A stretch of DNA of 64,000 nt from contig JBGRPZ010000003.1 in NCBI GenBank assembly GCA_041725915.1, positions 5,209 to 69,208 on the forward strand, read 5' to 3'. The first letter of the stretch is position 1. The number at the start of each line of letters is the position of its first letter. This DNA comes from Hyphomicrobiales bacterium. Lineage in GTDB: Bacteria > Bacteroidota > Bacteroidia > Bacteroidales > JBGRPZ01. The position numbers and the translations under genes are program-made. Shown here piece by piece: positions 37,111 to 46,349 of this stretch. The notes beneath the pieces are model-generated. The model did not search any database, was not told the DNA's origin, and was given only the letters and a program-made list of their open reading frames with translations.

Positions 37111-37583
37111 AAGAAGTACATAAAGAGCTGGATTTAATTCAGGATATAATAAAAAGGATGGCCAACAATTCATTTAAGGTGAAAGCTTGGTTGATGACAA
37201 TAATCGCAGGAGTCCTTACATTTAGTATGCGTGTACTCTTTCCACTCAAGAACAGAGATGTTCAGGAATCATCTTCAATAGTGATATTGTTCTTCTTGTT
37301 GGTGCTAACGATAGTATCGTGGTATCTTGATGCTTACTACTTGAGAACAGAAAGAATCTATCGCAATTTATATTTATGGGTAGTCAGAAACCGATCCCAT
37401 ACCAACAACTATCTTTATGATCTTTCTACCTTCAACAGAGTTATTGAAGGTCAAAGTAAAGATATAAGAGAGGATGTAAGTTCAGTATTTAGGATAATGA
37501 TTTCATCAACATTATCTTTCTTCTACTGTATACCCATCATCTTTATTAGCACTCTACTTATTATATGTATATACCATATATAA
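37098..37583 (+). CDS. Small 3-TM membrane protein, translationally coupled to the Roc-COR-TIR gene
   Basis: 161-aa ORF whose ATG overlaps the upstream gene by 13 nt (caacaATGcccacagTAG). The hydrophobic helices are 'AWLMTIIAGVLTFSMRVLF', 'IVILFFLLVLTIVSWYL' and 'LSFFYCIPIIFISTLLIICIY'. No family recognised. Confidence 0.6.
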   Translation: MPTVEEVHKELDLIQDIIKRMANNSFKVKAWLMTIIAGVLTFSMRVLFPLKNRDVQESSSIVILFFLLVLTIVSWYLDAYYLRTERIYRNLYLWVVRNRSHTNNYLYDLSTFNRVIEGQSKDIREDVSSVFRIMISSTLSFFYCIPIIFISTLLIICIYHI

Positions 37584-37992
37584 GGCATATAATAAAAGGA
37601 TAAAGTATAAGAAAGCTCCATTCAAACTGCTATTAGCCCTTGGATAGAGCTTTTGTATTTATAATGTCTTTTTAGATAGAACAAAACAGGCGAAGTAGAC
37701 AAATCAAGTTCATTAACTCTTTCACATTTATATTTTCGATTGGTAAAATAACGTTAGGTAGATAAACAATTCCTTTATACAACTATTTGCTATGTATACT
37801 CCTATGTGAAATATCTCTTTCACAAATGTTAAAAACCACTTATCAAAGATGTCAAAAGTTGGAGATTTGCGAAAAAGAACTAATTTTGCAAGCTTGAGAT
37901 TAGTTTGGTCATTTAATAAAACCAAGATTCCCAATTGATTATAATAAAATAGTAAGGGATAATCTTCAATAGGAAACCAAAATATTTTTAAT

Positions 37993-39540
37993 ATGGGTAT
38001 TAAGCAAAAAACATCCGACCTTAAAAAGAGAATGCGTGATGCTCTTAGCGGCGGAGGAACTAAAGCTATTGAAAAGCAAAAAGCTATAGGTAAGTTAACC
38101 GCACGCGAGAGAATAATTGCTCTTCTTGATCCTAAAAGTTTCCATGAATACGATTTATTCGTTGAGCATGGTGCTAAGGATTTTGATATGGACAAAAAGT
38201 ATCTTCCAGGTGATGGTGTAATTACAGGAACTGGTATGATCGAAGGTCATCCGGTATGTATCTACGCTCAGGACTTTACAGTTGCTGGAGGTAGTCTCGG
38301 TTGGATGCATGCAAAAAAGATCTGTAAGATCATGGACCATGCAATGAAACTAAAAGTACCTATCATTGGTATTAACGATTCAGGTGGTGCTCGTATTCAA
38401 GAAGGAGTAAACTCATTAGCTGGATATGGTGAAATCTTCTATAGAAACACCAAAGCTTCAGGAGTAATCCCTCAGATAAGCGTAATCCTAGGTCCATGTG
38501 CCGGAGGAGCTGTATACTCTCCTGCTCTTACTGACTTTGTTTTTGTTGTTGATAAGATCTCTAAGATGTTTATTACTGGTCCTGAAGTTATCAAGACAGT
38601 ACTTGGAGAAGAGATATCAATGGAAGAACTTGGAGGAGCAAAAGTACACTCTGAGATAACAGGTAATGCTCACTTCTATTCAGAAAGTGAACAAGAATGT
38701 TTTGATCAGATCAAGAAGTTGATGAGCTTTATTCCTTGGAATAACAAGAAAAAAGCTGAGCACTTCACAAAGAAGACTCCAAAAACAAAAGTATACAAGA
38801 TTAACAGCATTATGCCTTCATCTCCAAACATGCCTTATGATGTTAGAGATGTAATCAGGGCGGTAGCTGATGATTCTGATTTCTTCGAGATTCAGGAAAG
38901 ATTTGCACCAAACATCGTTATTGGTTTTTCCAGAATGGATGGAGATACTGTAGGTTTCGTTGCTAACCAACCTAAAGTTCTTGCTGGTGTTCTTGATGTT
39001 GACAGTTCTGATAAGGCTGCAAGATTCATCCGTTATTGTGATGCTTTCAACATTCCATTGGTAACCCTTGTTGACCTTCCCGGATATCTTCCAGGAGCAG
39101 ATCAGGAACATGCAGGAGTTATTCGTCATGGAGCAAAAATTCTTTATGCATATAGTGAAGCTACTGTACCAAAGATCACATTGATCTTAAGAAAAGCTTA
39201 TGGTGGTGGTTATATAGCTATGTGTTCTCACCATTTACGTGCAGACTTTGTGTTTGCTTGGCCAACTGCTGAGATTGCAGTAATGGGACCTGAAGGAGCA
39301 GCAAATATTATCTTCCGTAAGGAAATTATGAACGCTGAAGATCCTGAAAAGGTAAGACAAGAAAAGATAGAAGAATACAAACAAAAGTTTGCGAATCCTT
39401 ATGTTGCTGCTGCTTATGGCTATGTAGATGCAGTAATAGAACCTTCAGAGACTCGCTCAATGATTATACATGCACTTGAGATATCAGGTGGTAAATCAGA
39501 AGAGATTCCATATAAGAAACATGGAATTCCTCCATTCTAA
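37993..39540 (+). CDS. Acyl-CoA carboxylase carboxyltransferase subunit (propionyl-CoA carboxylase beta / methylmalonyl-CoA decarboxylase alpha family)
   Basis: 515-aa ORF with 'GKLTARERIIALLDPKSFHEYD', 'AQDFTVAGGSLG', 'INDSGGARIQEG', 'GPCAGGAVYSPALTDF' and 'AYGGGYIAM', typical of the carboxyl transferase family. Confidence 0.92.
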   Translation: MGIKQKTSDLKKRMRDALSGGGTKAIEKQKAIGKLTARERIIALLDPKSFHEYDLFVEHGAKDFDMDKKYLPGDGVITGTGMIEGHPVCIYAQDFTVAGGSLGWMHAKKICKIMDHAMKLKVPIIGINDSGGARIQEGVNSLAGYGEIFYRNTKASGVIPQISVILGPCAGGAVYSPALTDFVFVVDKISKMFITGPEVIKTVLGEEISMEELGGAKVHSEITGNAHFYSESEQECFDQIKKLMSFIPWNNKKKAEHFTKKTPKTKVYKINSIMPSSPNMPYDVRDVIRAVADDSDFFEIQERFAPNIVIGFSRMDGDTVGFVANQPKVLAGVLDVDSSDKAARFIRYCDAFNIPLVTLVDLPGYLPGADQEHAGVIRHGAKILYAYSEATVPKITLILRKAYGGGYIAMCSHHLRADFVFAWPTAEIAVMGPEGAANIIFRKEIMNAEDPEKVRQEKIEEYKQKFANPYVAAAYGYVDAVIEPSETRSMIIHALEISGGKSEEIPYKKHGIPPF

Positions 39541-39552
39541 AACTTGAAGGTT

Positions 39553-39906
39553 ATGGCAGAAAATAAAAATGAAGTAAACGCAACTGGAATAGAAGCTGAA
39601 TTAATTTCAGGAGAACTAGTTATTGATGAGGTATCATATCCTACTCTTTTAACCAAGCAGTATATGGACAGAAAACCATATAAAGAGCTTGACTTAAGAG
39701 AAATCAAGACTGTTATTCCAGGCACTATCATCGAGTTATTCGTTAAGCCGGGTGATAAGGTTAATGCAGGTGATAAACTTCTTATCCTTGAAGCAATGAA
39801 AATGCACAATACTATTATCGCACCTATTGATGGTGAAATTAAAGAGGTAAGAGTAAAGGTAGGAGAAAGACTTGCAAAGAATATATTGATGATTCTATTT
39901 AAGTAA
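39553..39906 (+). CDS. Biotin carboxyl carrier / biotin-requiring enzyme subunit
   Basis: The track start is the TTG at 39544, but the ATG at 39553 (MAENKNE...) is more likely. The biotinylation motif is 'LLILEAMKMHNTIIAP'. Confidence 0.85.
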   Translation: MAENKNEVNATGIEAELISGELVIDEVSYPTLLTKQYMDRKPYKELDLREIKTVIPGTIIELFVKPGDKVNAGDKLLILEAMKMHNTIIAPIDGEIKEVRVKVGERLAKNILMILFK

Positions 39907-39932
39907 GAGAACTTAAATACACAATATAAAAA

Positions 39933-39962
39933 AAGGGTTGCCAATAGGCAGCCCTTTCTTAT
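39933..39962. terminator. Terminator hairpin between convergent BCCP and engB genes
   Basis: An A-run, then gggttgcc-aata-ggcagccc (one G-T pair), then a T-rich tract. Confidence 0.55.
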
Positions 39963-39988
39963 TTCTTCGAAGAATTGATTGTCAATTC

Positions 39989-40603
39989 TTATTTTTTCAT
40001 TTCCTTTTGATATAATTCGTTTAGCTCTCCAATGTAGTTAAGAATCTCAGTTCTTCCAGTCTTATCTGATGAACTGGTTATAATCATTTCTGGTATTTCT
40101 TCCCATTCCTGAGACAACACCTTCTTATAAGTCTGAACATTCTTATTAAGTTGATTTGGCTTCAATTTATCAGCTTTTGTAAAAACAATGATAAAAGGAA
40201 TCTGACTCATTCCCATCCAGTTTATAAACTCAAGATCTGACTTCTGTGGTTCATGTCTGGAATCCACCAAAACAAAAGTAGTCATCAGGCTTTGCCTTGA
40301 CACCAAATAGCTTTCAATAAGTTTCTGGAATTTATCTCTTTTGGTTTTAGATACCTTAGCATAACCATAACCAGGAAGATCCACCAAATACCATCTATCA
40401 TCAACATTAAAGTGATTGATAAGTTGAGTTTTACCGGGAGTTGAAGAAGTCTTAGCTAAATTCTTTTCTCTACACAAAACATTTATAAGAGATGACTTAC
40501 CGACATTAGAGCGACCTATAAAAGCATATTCAGCTTTATCAGCCTTAGGACAACCACTAATTTTAGAACTGCTGATAAGAAATTCTGCCTTTTTTATTTC
40601 CAT
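39989..40603 (-). CDS. engB: Ribosome biogenesis GTP-binding protein YihA/EngB
   Basis: The track ORF extends to 40657, but the ATG at 40603 (MEIKKAEFLISSS...) fits the family. The motifs are G1 'GRSNVGKSSLIN', G3 'DLPGYGYA' and G4 'TKADK'. Confidence 0.92.
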   Translation of the reverse strand: MEIKKAEFLISSSKISGCPKADKAEYAFIGRSNVGKSSLINVLCREKNLAKTSSTPGKTQLINHFNVDDRWYLVDLPGYGYAKVSKTKRDKFQKLIESYLVSRQSLMTTFVLVDSRHEPQKSDLEFINWMGMSQIPFIIVFTKADKLKPNQLNKNVQTYKKVLSQEWEEIPEMIITSSSDKTGRTEILNYIGELNELYQKEMKK

Positions 40604-40675
40604 AATAATACATTTATATGGATGAAAAACCTCAACAAACGATGAAGACTCATCCAATGAGTAATCAATAAAGTG

Positions 40676-41614
40676 TTAAGATTTTCTGTAAGTCATTACA
40701 TGTCTATCAATCTTGAAGTCGTAGATATCTCTCACTGTAACTATAATACCAGTTTCTTCTACATTCCCAAAATGATCATTGATAGCAGTACCAAAGGTCT
40801 TCATTGTAGCAGACAGGTTCATATAAGCATTAACAAGAGGAGGTATATTCTCATTAAGACTTCTTACCTTCTGCATAAGGATTCTATAATCTTCTTCATA
40901 GTTACAACCATTGAAGATATTCTTCAGAACCTTACTATCAGTAGTAAGAATAATAGGAACTCTGGCTTTAACCAAGCCTTTATTATCTGGAAAGTACTTA
41001 TTCAAGAAATGTAAAACAAGATCTCTGGCAAGTCTATCATAATGAGGGTACATAGTAACCTTACCAAACAGATATTTCACATCAGGATTATCAGAGACAA
41101 TAGCACCCAGTCCATCCCAGATATTATCAAGAGAATACATCCCTTTTCTGATATTAAAAGTAGGCTGGTAGCTAGGTTGAACAAAAGAACGACCCAATTC
41201 AATCGTATGAGGCAGGTAGTCTTTAATAAAAGTCTCTGACAATTTAAATAATCTTGAAGTAGGAGTTTTCACCTTTGAGATATCAGTATCCTTCAAAAAC
41301 TCTTTACAATGAATAAACCTATAACCACCTACAATCTCTTTATCTCTGGGATTCCATACGATAAGTTGTTGAAAAGGAGTATCAGCTGTATCAAAATCAT
41401 CAATATCACAAGCTTTACCAGTACCCCCACCAGCATCACGAAAAGTAATTTCTCTCAAACGACCTACTTCACGTAACAAGTTTGGGCTATCCTTATGATC
41501 AAATATATAAATCTTATTACTCCCGTTATTTGTATCTCTTACAAACTTGTCTTCTGTTAATTCGGCTTCCAATAGATCTAAGTCTACTGGAGGAATAATT
41601 GTTTCCATGTACAA
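40676..41614 (-). CDS. GNAT-like N-acyltransferase of the hemolysin/OlsB/GlsB family (amino-acid lipid synthesis)
   Basis: 312-aa ORF. 'LREITFRDAGGGTGKACDIDDFD' and 'GRSFVQPSYQ' resemble the Bacteroidota glycine-lipid N-acyltransferase family. It lies adjacent to a PlsC-type acyltransferase, as in the described glsB/glsA pair. Confidence 0.7.
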   Translation of the reverse strand: MYMETIIPPVDLDLLEAELTEDKFVRDTNNGSNKIYIFDHKDSPNLLREVGRLREITFRDAGGGTGKACDIDDFDTADTPFQQLIVWNPRDKEIVGGYRFIHCKEFLKDTDISKVKTPTSRLFKLSETFIKDYLPHTIELGRSFVQPSYQPTFNIRKGMYSLDNIWDGLGAIVSDNPDVKYLFGKVTMYPHYDRLARDLVLHFLNKYFPDNKGLVKARVPIILTTDSKVLKNIFNGCNYEEDYRILMQKVRSLNENIPPLVNAYMNLSATMKTFGTAINDHFGNVEETGIIVTVRDIYDFKIDRHVMTYRKS

Positions 41615-41676
41615 ATTTTTATTGGTATTCTATTTTGGAGACCTGTTCTTTTTCCCTTTACTTTACTTGTAAAATA

Positions 41677-42543
41677 TTAAACGCAAAAAGCTTTATTTTT
41701 GTCTTTCTCAAGTTGATAAATATGTTCTCTAAACATAGATGCCCATTGTTTATCTGAGTATTTCTTATCTAAGCTGCTATATGAAACAGGCTTTCCAAAG
41801 TAAATCTCAAAAGTTTGTCCTTGTTGTTTATAACATTCATCAACAAGGTATAGCATCTCAATGTTCGCCTTAAGTCCCAAAGATTTTCTCAAGTTAGCTA
41901 GTCTGTAAAAGAAATTACTATTATGCCCAGTAATAAAAGCAGGGACTATATCGCGTTTATATCTTTTGCATTTAGTAACAAAAGTTTTTTTCCACTCAAG
42001 GTCTTTAATAACACTCTTTTGCTTTCTTGATACTAAACCAGCAGGGAAATACAGTAAAGCATTATCAGATTCAAAAGCAGTATTAAGTGCTTTTATATTA
42101 TCAGCATTACTTCCATGTTTATTCACAGGGATAAAGAACTCTTTCAAACCCGCAATGTTCATGAGAATATCATTCACAGGAAACAAAATATCATCCCTTA
42201 CTTTTCCTATTGCTTGTAATAAGGCTATTCCGTCTAATCCTCCCAAAGGATGATTAGAAGCAATAAGGTATCTTCCATCCTTAGGTATATTTTCAAGACC
42301 GTGAACTTTAAGTTCAATCTTAAACTCTTTTAATATGGCATCAACAAATAGAAATCCGGAGCTACCATTTTCTCTAATCAAGAAATCATTTATAGATTCC
42401 TCATGAACTATACGACGTAAGTATTGAATCAGAAATTCAGGAATTACTTTATATAAGCCAGGATTCTTATTCTTTAATACTTTCCTAACATTTATTAATT
42501 CCAGATTCTTACCTTTATTTTCTGCCATATTTACTTGAATCAA
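41677..42543 (-). CDS. Lysophospholipid/1-acyl-glycerol-3-phosphate acyltransferase family protein (GlsA-like O-acyltransferase)
   Basis: 288-aa ORF whose likely true start is the MAENKGK ATG at 42528. It has the PlsC HX4D motif 'ASNHPLGGLDG' and 'FPAGLVSR'. Confidence 0.75.
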   Translation of the reverse strand: MIQVNMAENKGKNLELINVRKVLKNKNPGLYKVIPEFLIQYLRRIVHEESINDFLIRENGSSGFLFVDAILKEFKIELKVHGLENIPKDGRYLIASNHPLGGLDGIALLQAIGKVRDDILFPVNDILMNIAGLKEFFIPVNKHGSNADNIKALNTAFESDNALLYFPAGLVSRKQKSVIKDLEWKKTFVTKCKRYKRDIVPAFITGHNSNFFYRLANLRKSLGLKANIEMLYLVDECYKQQGQTFEIYFGKPVSYSSLDKKYSDKQWASMFREHIYQLEKDKNKAFCV

Positions 42544-42624
42544 CTTAGTTTCAAAAAGAATACAAAACTATACAAATAACTTTTACAGTAAAGATATTTA
42601 ATCTACTTTATATTGAGGGCTAAT

Positions 42625-42660
42625 TTAAAAAAGAAAAGGGACTAGCGAAAGCTAGTCCCC
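42625..42660 (-). terminator. Rho-independent terminator after the TonB-dependent receptor gene
   Basis: The minus-sense sequence reads gggactagc-tttc-gctagtccc followed by ttttctttttt. Confidence 0.65.
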
Positions 42661-42687
42661 TGGAAAGTAATCTCACGATAACACAAA

Positions 42688-45051
42688 CTAAAACATTTTG
42701 AAACCAGAATATTGCATGGCTTCTCCTTTTCCGAAACTATAACTAAATCCTATAACCATTTGCCTTCCTCTAAAGCTCTTCTGATATTTATAAAAAGAAC
42801 CTCCATCAGTATATGATTCATATTTACCTGTAGCTAATAGGTCTCTTACACTGAAATTAATTACTCCCCTACCTTTAAGTATTTTCTTTTTTATTCCAAG
42901 ATCAACAACAACAGATCCTTTATAAGTACTTTGGATATCTTTATAGTCAGATGTATATTTAACCTTAGTCTCTGCATCCAGACCTTTGGTTATTTTATAT
43001 TTACCTGTAACTCTTGCTGACCAACTAGAGCTATTGAAATCATATACCTGATTCCTATAATTCCCTTGTCTGTTATAATAATTCCAATTCATATCACCCA
43101 ATACAGTCAACCACTTTACAACATCAAGTTTACCATTAAGCTCAACACCATAACTCTGAGTGCTACCAAGGTTTATAGGATAACTAATCGTTTCATTATT
43201 CTGCTTATCAAAGATTCTGGTGATAACACTTGTAGTGTTTCTGTAGAAAACAGCCATATTCACAGAACCCTTGTTCATATTCTGTATCAAATTCAACTCA
43301 TATGAATCAGTATATTCAGGTCTTAAGTTTGGATTTCCTGTTCTCTTTGAATAGAGGTCTGTCAAAGACACAAAAGGATTCAAGCTCCACATTCTGGGTC
43401 TGTGAATTCTTTTCGAATAACCTAATTGTACAGATAACTTCTCATTCAATTTAAAACTAGAATGAATACTTGGGAATAAGTCACTATAGTTTCTACTACT
43501 TTCTGTATTATCATTCTCTAGCTCAGTTTGCATATTGGTATTTTCAAACCTTGCTCCTCCTTTTATTCCCCATCTACCTATTTCAAGACCATAAGTAGCA
43601 TATACAGAAAAGATCTTTTGATTTAAATTGAAGATATTGGATAAGTTATCATTATGTACATAATCACTGTTGACAAAGTCAAAAACCTGATAATCCTCTT
43701 TTAGATCTTCAATATTATACTTTGTTCCTACTTCTAGTTCATTACCTTCTGAAAAGGGGTGTAGGTAATCAGCAGCGAAAGTAAATATTGCACTTCTAAA
43801 ATCATTGTCTAGCTTCTGTTGAGCATCAAAGCTATTATTAGTCACTGGATCATTTGTATAGACAGAGTTTTTATCTTTTCCAAAGAAAGATCCTTTAGCA
43901 CTTACTAACAGACTTTGATCTTTATTTCTCTTAAATGACTTCTTATATTGTAGATCATATTCCCATTTAGGATTAGTAGCTTCTGATTCTTCTTTTCTGG
44001 TAAAGTCAGTAGCTGTAGGAAACATATATTCTATTGAATTGGGTTCATCTTCAAATTCATATGCATAATGACCTGAAAGAGTCAATACATTATATTTATT
44101 GATATGATAGTCCGCACCAAGTAGGATATTATAAAACATCTCATTCTTTTCACTATCACCTTTATAGTCATATATCAATGTCCCATTATTAAGTTGATAG
44201 CCTTCTGATTTTCTCAGGAACGTCCTCTTGCCTACTCCTAATTGAGAGAACAAATTAAACTTCTCAGTTCTTCTGTTTAAGCTCAGCCCAACACTATGAT
44301 TATTCGGGTATCCGGTATTTAAAGTTACAGAACCATTCAAGCCCTTTCTTTCATTCTTCTTAAGTATGATATTCAATATACCTGTAGTCCCTTCAGCGTC
44401 ATATTTTGCAGATGGATTTGTTATTACCTCTACTCTCTCAATCATATCAGAAGTTATAGTCCCCAAGGCATTACTACTATTACTTGTGAGCACTGAAGGT
44501 TTCCCATTGATCAGAATCTGAACATTAGAATTACCCCTAAGGCTTACAGTTCCCTCAATATTGACATCTACAGAAGGTACATTATTCAGCACATCTAATG
44601 CGCTACCACCAGCACTACTTAAATCTTTCCCTACATTAAAGACTCTTTTATCAAGCTTAAATACAGTTTGAGACTTCTCGGCTACAATTGTAACCTCATT
44701 CAATAGATTCTGATCAGGAGATACTTTGATTACTTTGAGGTCAGCAATACCTTTATTTATATGTATGTCTCTAACAAAAGAGGTCTTATAACCCAAAAAG
44801 TTTACTTTCACATAAAACTCATTATTGTTAGATTTCAATTCAAAAGAACCATCTTCTTTTGTGATCGCTCCTGTAATAAGTTTATCTTCTTCTGTAAATA
44901 GTGAAACTGTAGCATATTCTAAAGGCTGATTATTACTTGCATCTATAACCTTACCTTTTACAAAAATACCTCTATTCTGAGCTACTAATGTAATTACCCC
45001 TAAGAGCAATATTGCTGTTATTATAAAACCTCTCTTCAACATATATATCAT
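42688..45051 (-). CDS. TonB-dependent receptor / outer-membrane beta-barrel protein with carboxypeptidase-regulatory-like N-terminal domain
   Basis: 787-aa ORF with a signal peptide. The N-terminal 'GKVIDASNNQPLEYATVSLF' is CarboxypepD_reg-like. The plug region reads 'DVLNNVPSVDVNIEGTVSLRG...ILINGKP', and a beta-barrel follows that ends in an aromatic residue ('...YSGFKMF'). Confidence 0.88.
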   Translation of the reverse strand: MIYMLKRGFIITAILLLGVITLVAQNRGIFVKGKVIDASNNQPLEYATVSLFTEEDKLITGAITKEDGSFELKSNNNEFYVKVNFLGYKTSFVRDIHINKGIADLKVIKVSPDQNLLNEVTIVAEKSQTVFKLDKRVFNVGKDLSSAGGSALDVLNNVPSVDVNIEGTVSLRGNSNVQILINGKPSVLTSNSSNALGTITSDMIERVEVITNPSAKYDAEGTTGILNIILKKNERKGLNGSVTLNTGYPNNHSVGLSLNRRTEKFNLFSQLGVGKRTFLRKSEGYQLNNGTLIYDYKGDSEKNEMFYNILLGADYHINKYNVLTLSGHYAYEFEDEPNSIEYMFPTATDFTRKEESEATNPKWEYDLQYKKSFKRNKDQSLLVSAKGSFFGKDKNSVYTNDPVTNNSFDAQQKLDNDFRSAIFTFAADYLHPFSEGNELEVGTKYNIEDLKEDYQVFDFVNSDYVHNDNLSNIFNLNQKIFSVYATYGLEIGRWGIKGGARFENTNMQTELENDNTESSRNYSDLFPSIHSSFKLNEKLSVQLGYSKRIHRPRMWSLNPFVSLTDLYSKRTGNPNLRPEYTDSYELNLIQNMNKGSVNMAVFYRNTTSVITRIFDKQNNETISYPINLGSTQSYGVELNGKLDVVKWLTVLGDMNWNYYNRQGNYRNQVYDFNSSSWSARVTGKYKITKGLDAETKVKYTSDYKDIQSTYKGSVVVDLGIKKKILKGRGVINFSVRDLLATGKYESYTDGGSFYKYQKSFRGRQMVIGFSYSFGKGEAMQYSGFKMF

Positions 45052-45326
45052 CCTTTCATAACTATTAAACCTATGTGTAAAAACATTGAGCTTTTATTTA
45101 TCATTTGATGTCTTTAGCCCCTTATACATTCCAAAACTAATGCTGATAATATGGAGATCATAACTTTTTCGATCAACAGCATATTTAACATGATAATATG
45201 CATCATTATCCTATTTAAGGTCTATTTTGTCGTTCAACGGCCAATCATGGTCGTATGTCGAATAATTATAAATCCTTGATACTATTCTTATAATTTTGGC
45301 TTTATTATAAAAACTAAAGTCTTGTT

Positions 45327-46349
45327 ATGAAAGAAGTTTTGAATAATATAATCCATAAAGCAAAGTCAGAATTATGGTTCTCCTTGTTAATTATCATTTC
45401 TATTTTCCTTTATACTAATCTTGATGAGGATCACTTCCATATAGAAACTTATGAGATATTATTCTTCTTGAATTATATACTGGCTGGTCTTATTATCAAT
45501 TATATTCTTTTACCAAAGTTCTTTTATAAGAAGAAGTATTTTTTCTTTTTTACTGGATTAGTGCTCACTATTGCGCTTACAATCGTAATTGAAGAATTTG
45601 TACTTGAAAAGATCTATTTTCCATATACCAGAGGTGCTACTTTTCCCCCAATAATATACTCCCTCATTGATGTAATGCCTGTAATATTATTGATGGTAGG
45701 AGCTAAATTTGCATGGGATGCAAAGAACTCACAAGTTGAACTAGAACAACTAAAGTCTGCAAAGGTAGAAAGTGAACTCCAAATGCTTAAATCTCAGATA
45801 AACCCTCACTTTCTGTTTAACAACCTCAACAATCTTTATGCATATGCCTTAGAACAATCTCCTAAGACTCCAAATCTGATACTACAATTATCCGCATTAT
45901 TAAGGTATATGCTATATGAAGCAACTGATACTTATGTAAACTTAAAGAAAGAGATCAATTATTTATCTGATTATATTCAACTAAATCAGCTTCAGATTGA
46001 GGATAGAGGAGAAATCAATTTTGAAACAAACGGTTCTCTTGAAGGCAAGATAATTGCTCCATTCATATTGGTAGTATTTATAGAAAACTGCTTTAAACAT
46101 AGTACCAGCAGTCAAACAGAGAACATAAAAATAGATATTAACATTGATGTATATGACAATGTGTTAAGGCTACATTGCTCTAACACCTTTACCAATATCA
46201 ATAACAAAGATAATCTAGCTAGTGGAATAGGACTTAAAAACGTCAAATCCAGACTTGAACTACTATACCCTGAAAATTATACCTTAGAAATCAACAATCA
46301 TAATAATATATATGATGTTATTCTGGAGTTAAATCTAATGAAATCATGA
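45327..46349 (+). CDS. LytS/YpdA-type sensor histidine kinase (His_kinase family)
   Basis: 340-aa ORF. N-terminal TM helices precede 'LKSQINPHFLFNNLNNLY' (the signature of this family) and an HATPase region 'GIGLKNVKSRLELLY'. Confidence 0.88.
   Translation: MKEVLNNIIHKAKSELWFSLLIIISIFLYTNLDEDHFHIETYEILFFLNYILAGLIINYILLPKFFYKKKYFFFFTGLVLTIALTIVIEEFVLEKIYFPYTRGATFPPIIYSLIDVMPVILLMVGAKFAWDAKNSQVELEQLKSAKVESELQMLKSQINPHFLFNNLNNLYAYALEQSPKTPNLILQLSALLRYMLYEATDTYVNLKKEINYLSDYIQLNQLQIEDRGEINFETNGSLEGKIIAPFILVVFIENCFKHSTSSQTENIKIDINIDVYDNVLRLHCSNTFTNINNKDNLASGIGLKNVKSRLELLYPENYTLEINNHNNIYDVILELNLMKS

Noticed and set aside
37728-38195. A 155-aa minus-strand ORF.
   Set aside because: It overlaps the start of the strongly supported carboxyltransferase gene in antisense. 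The sequence has no recognisable features.
39537-39944. A 135-aa minus-strand ORF.
   Set aside because: It is exactly antisense to the biotin-carrier gene, which carries the EAMKM motif. It is a typical shadow ORF.
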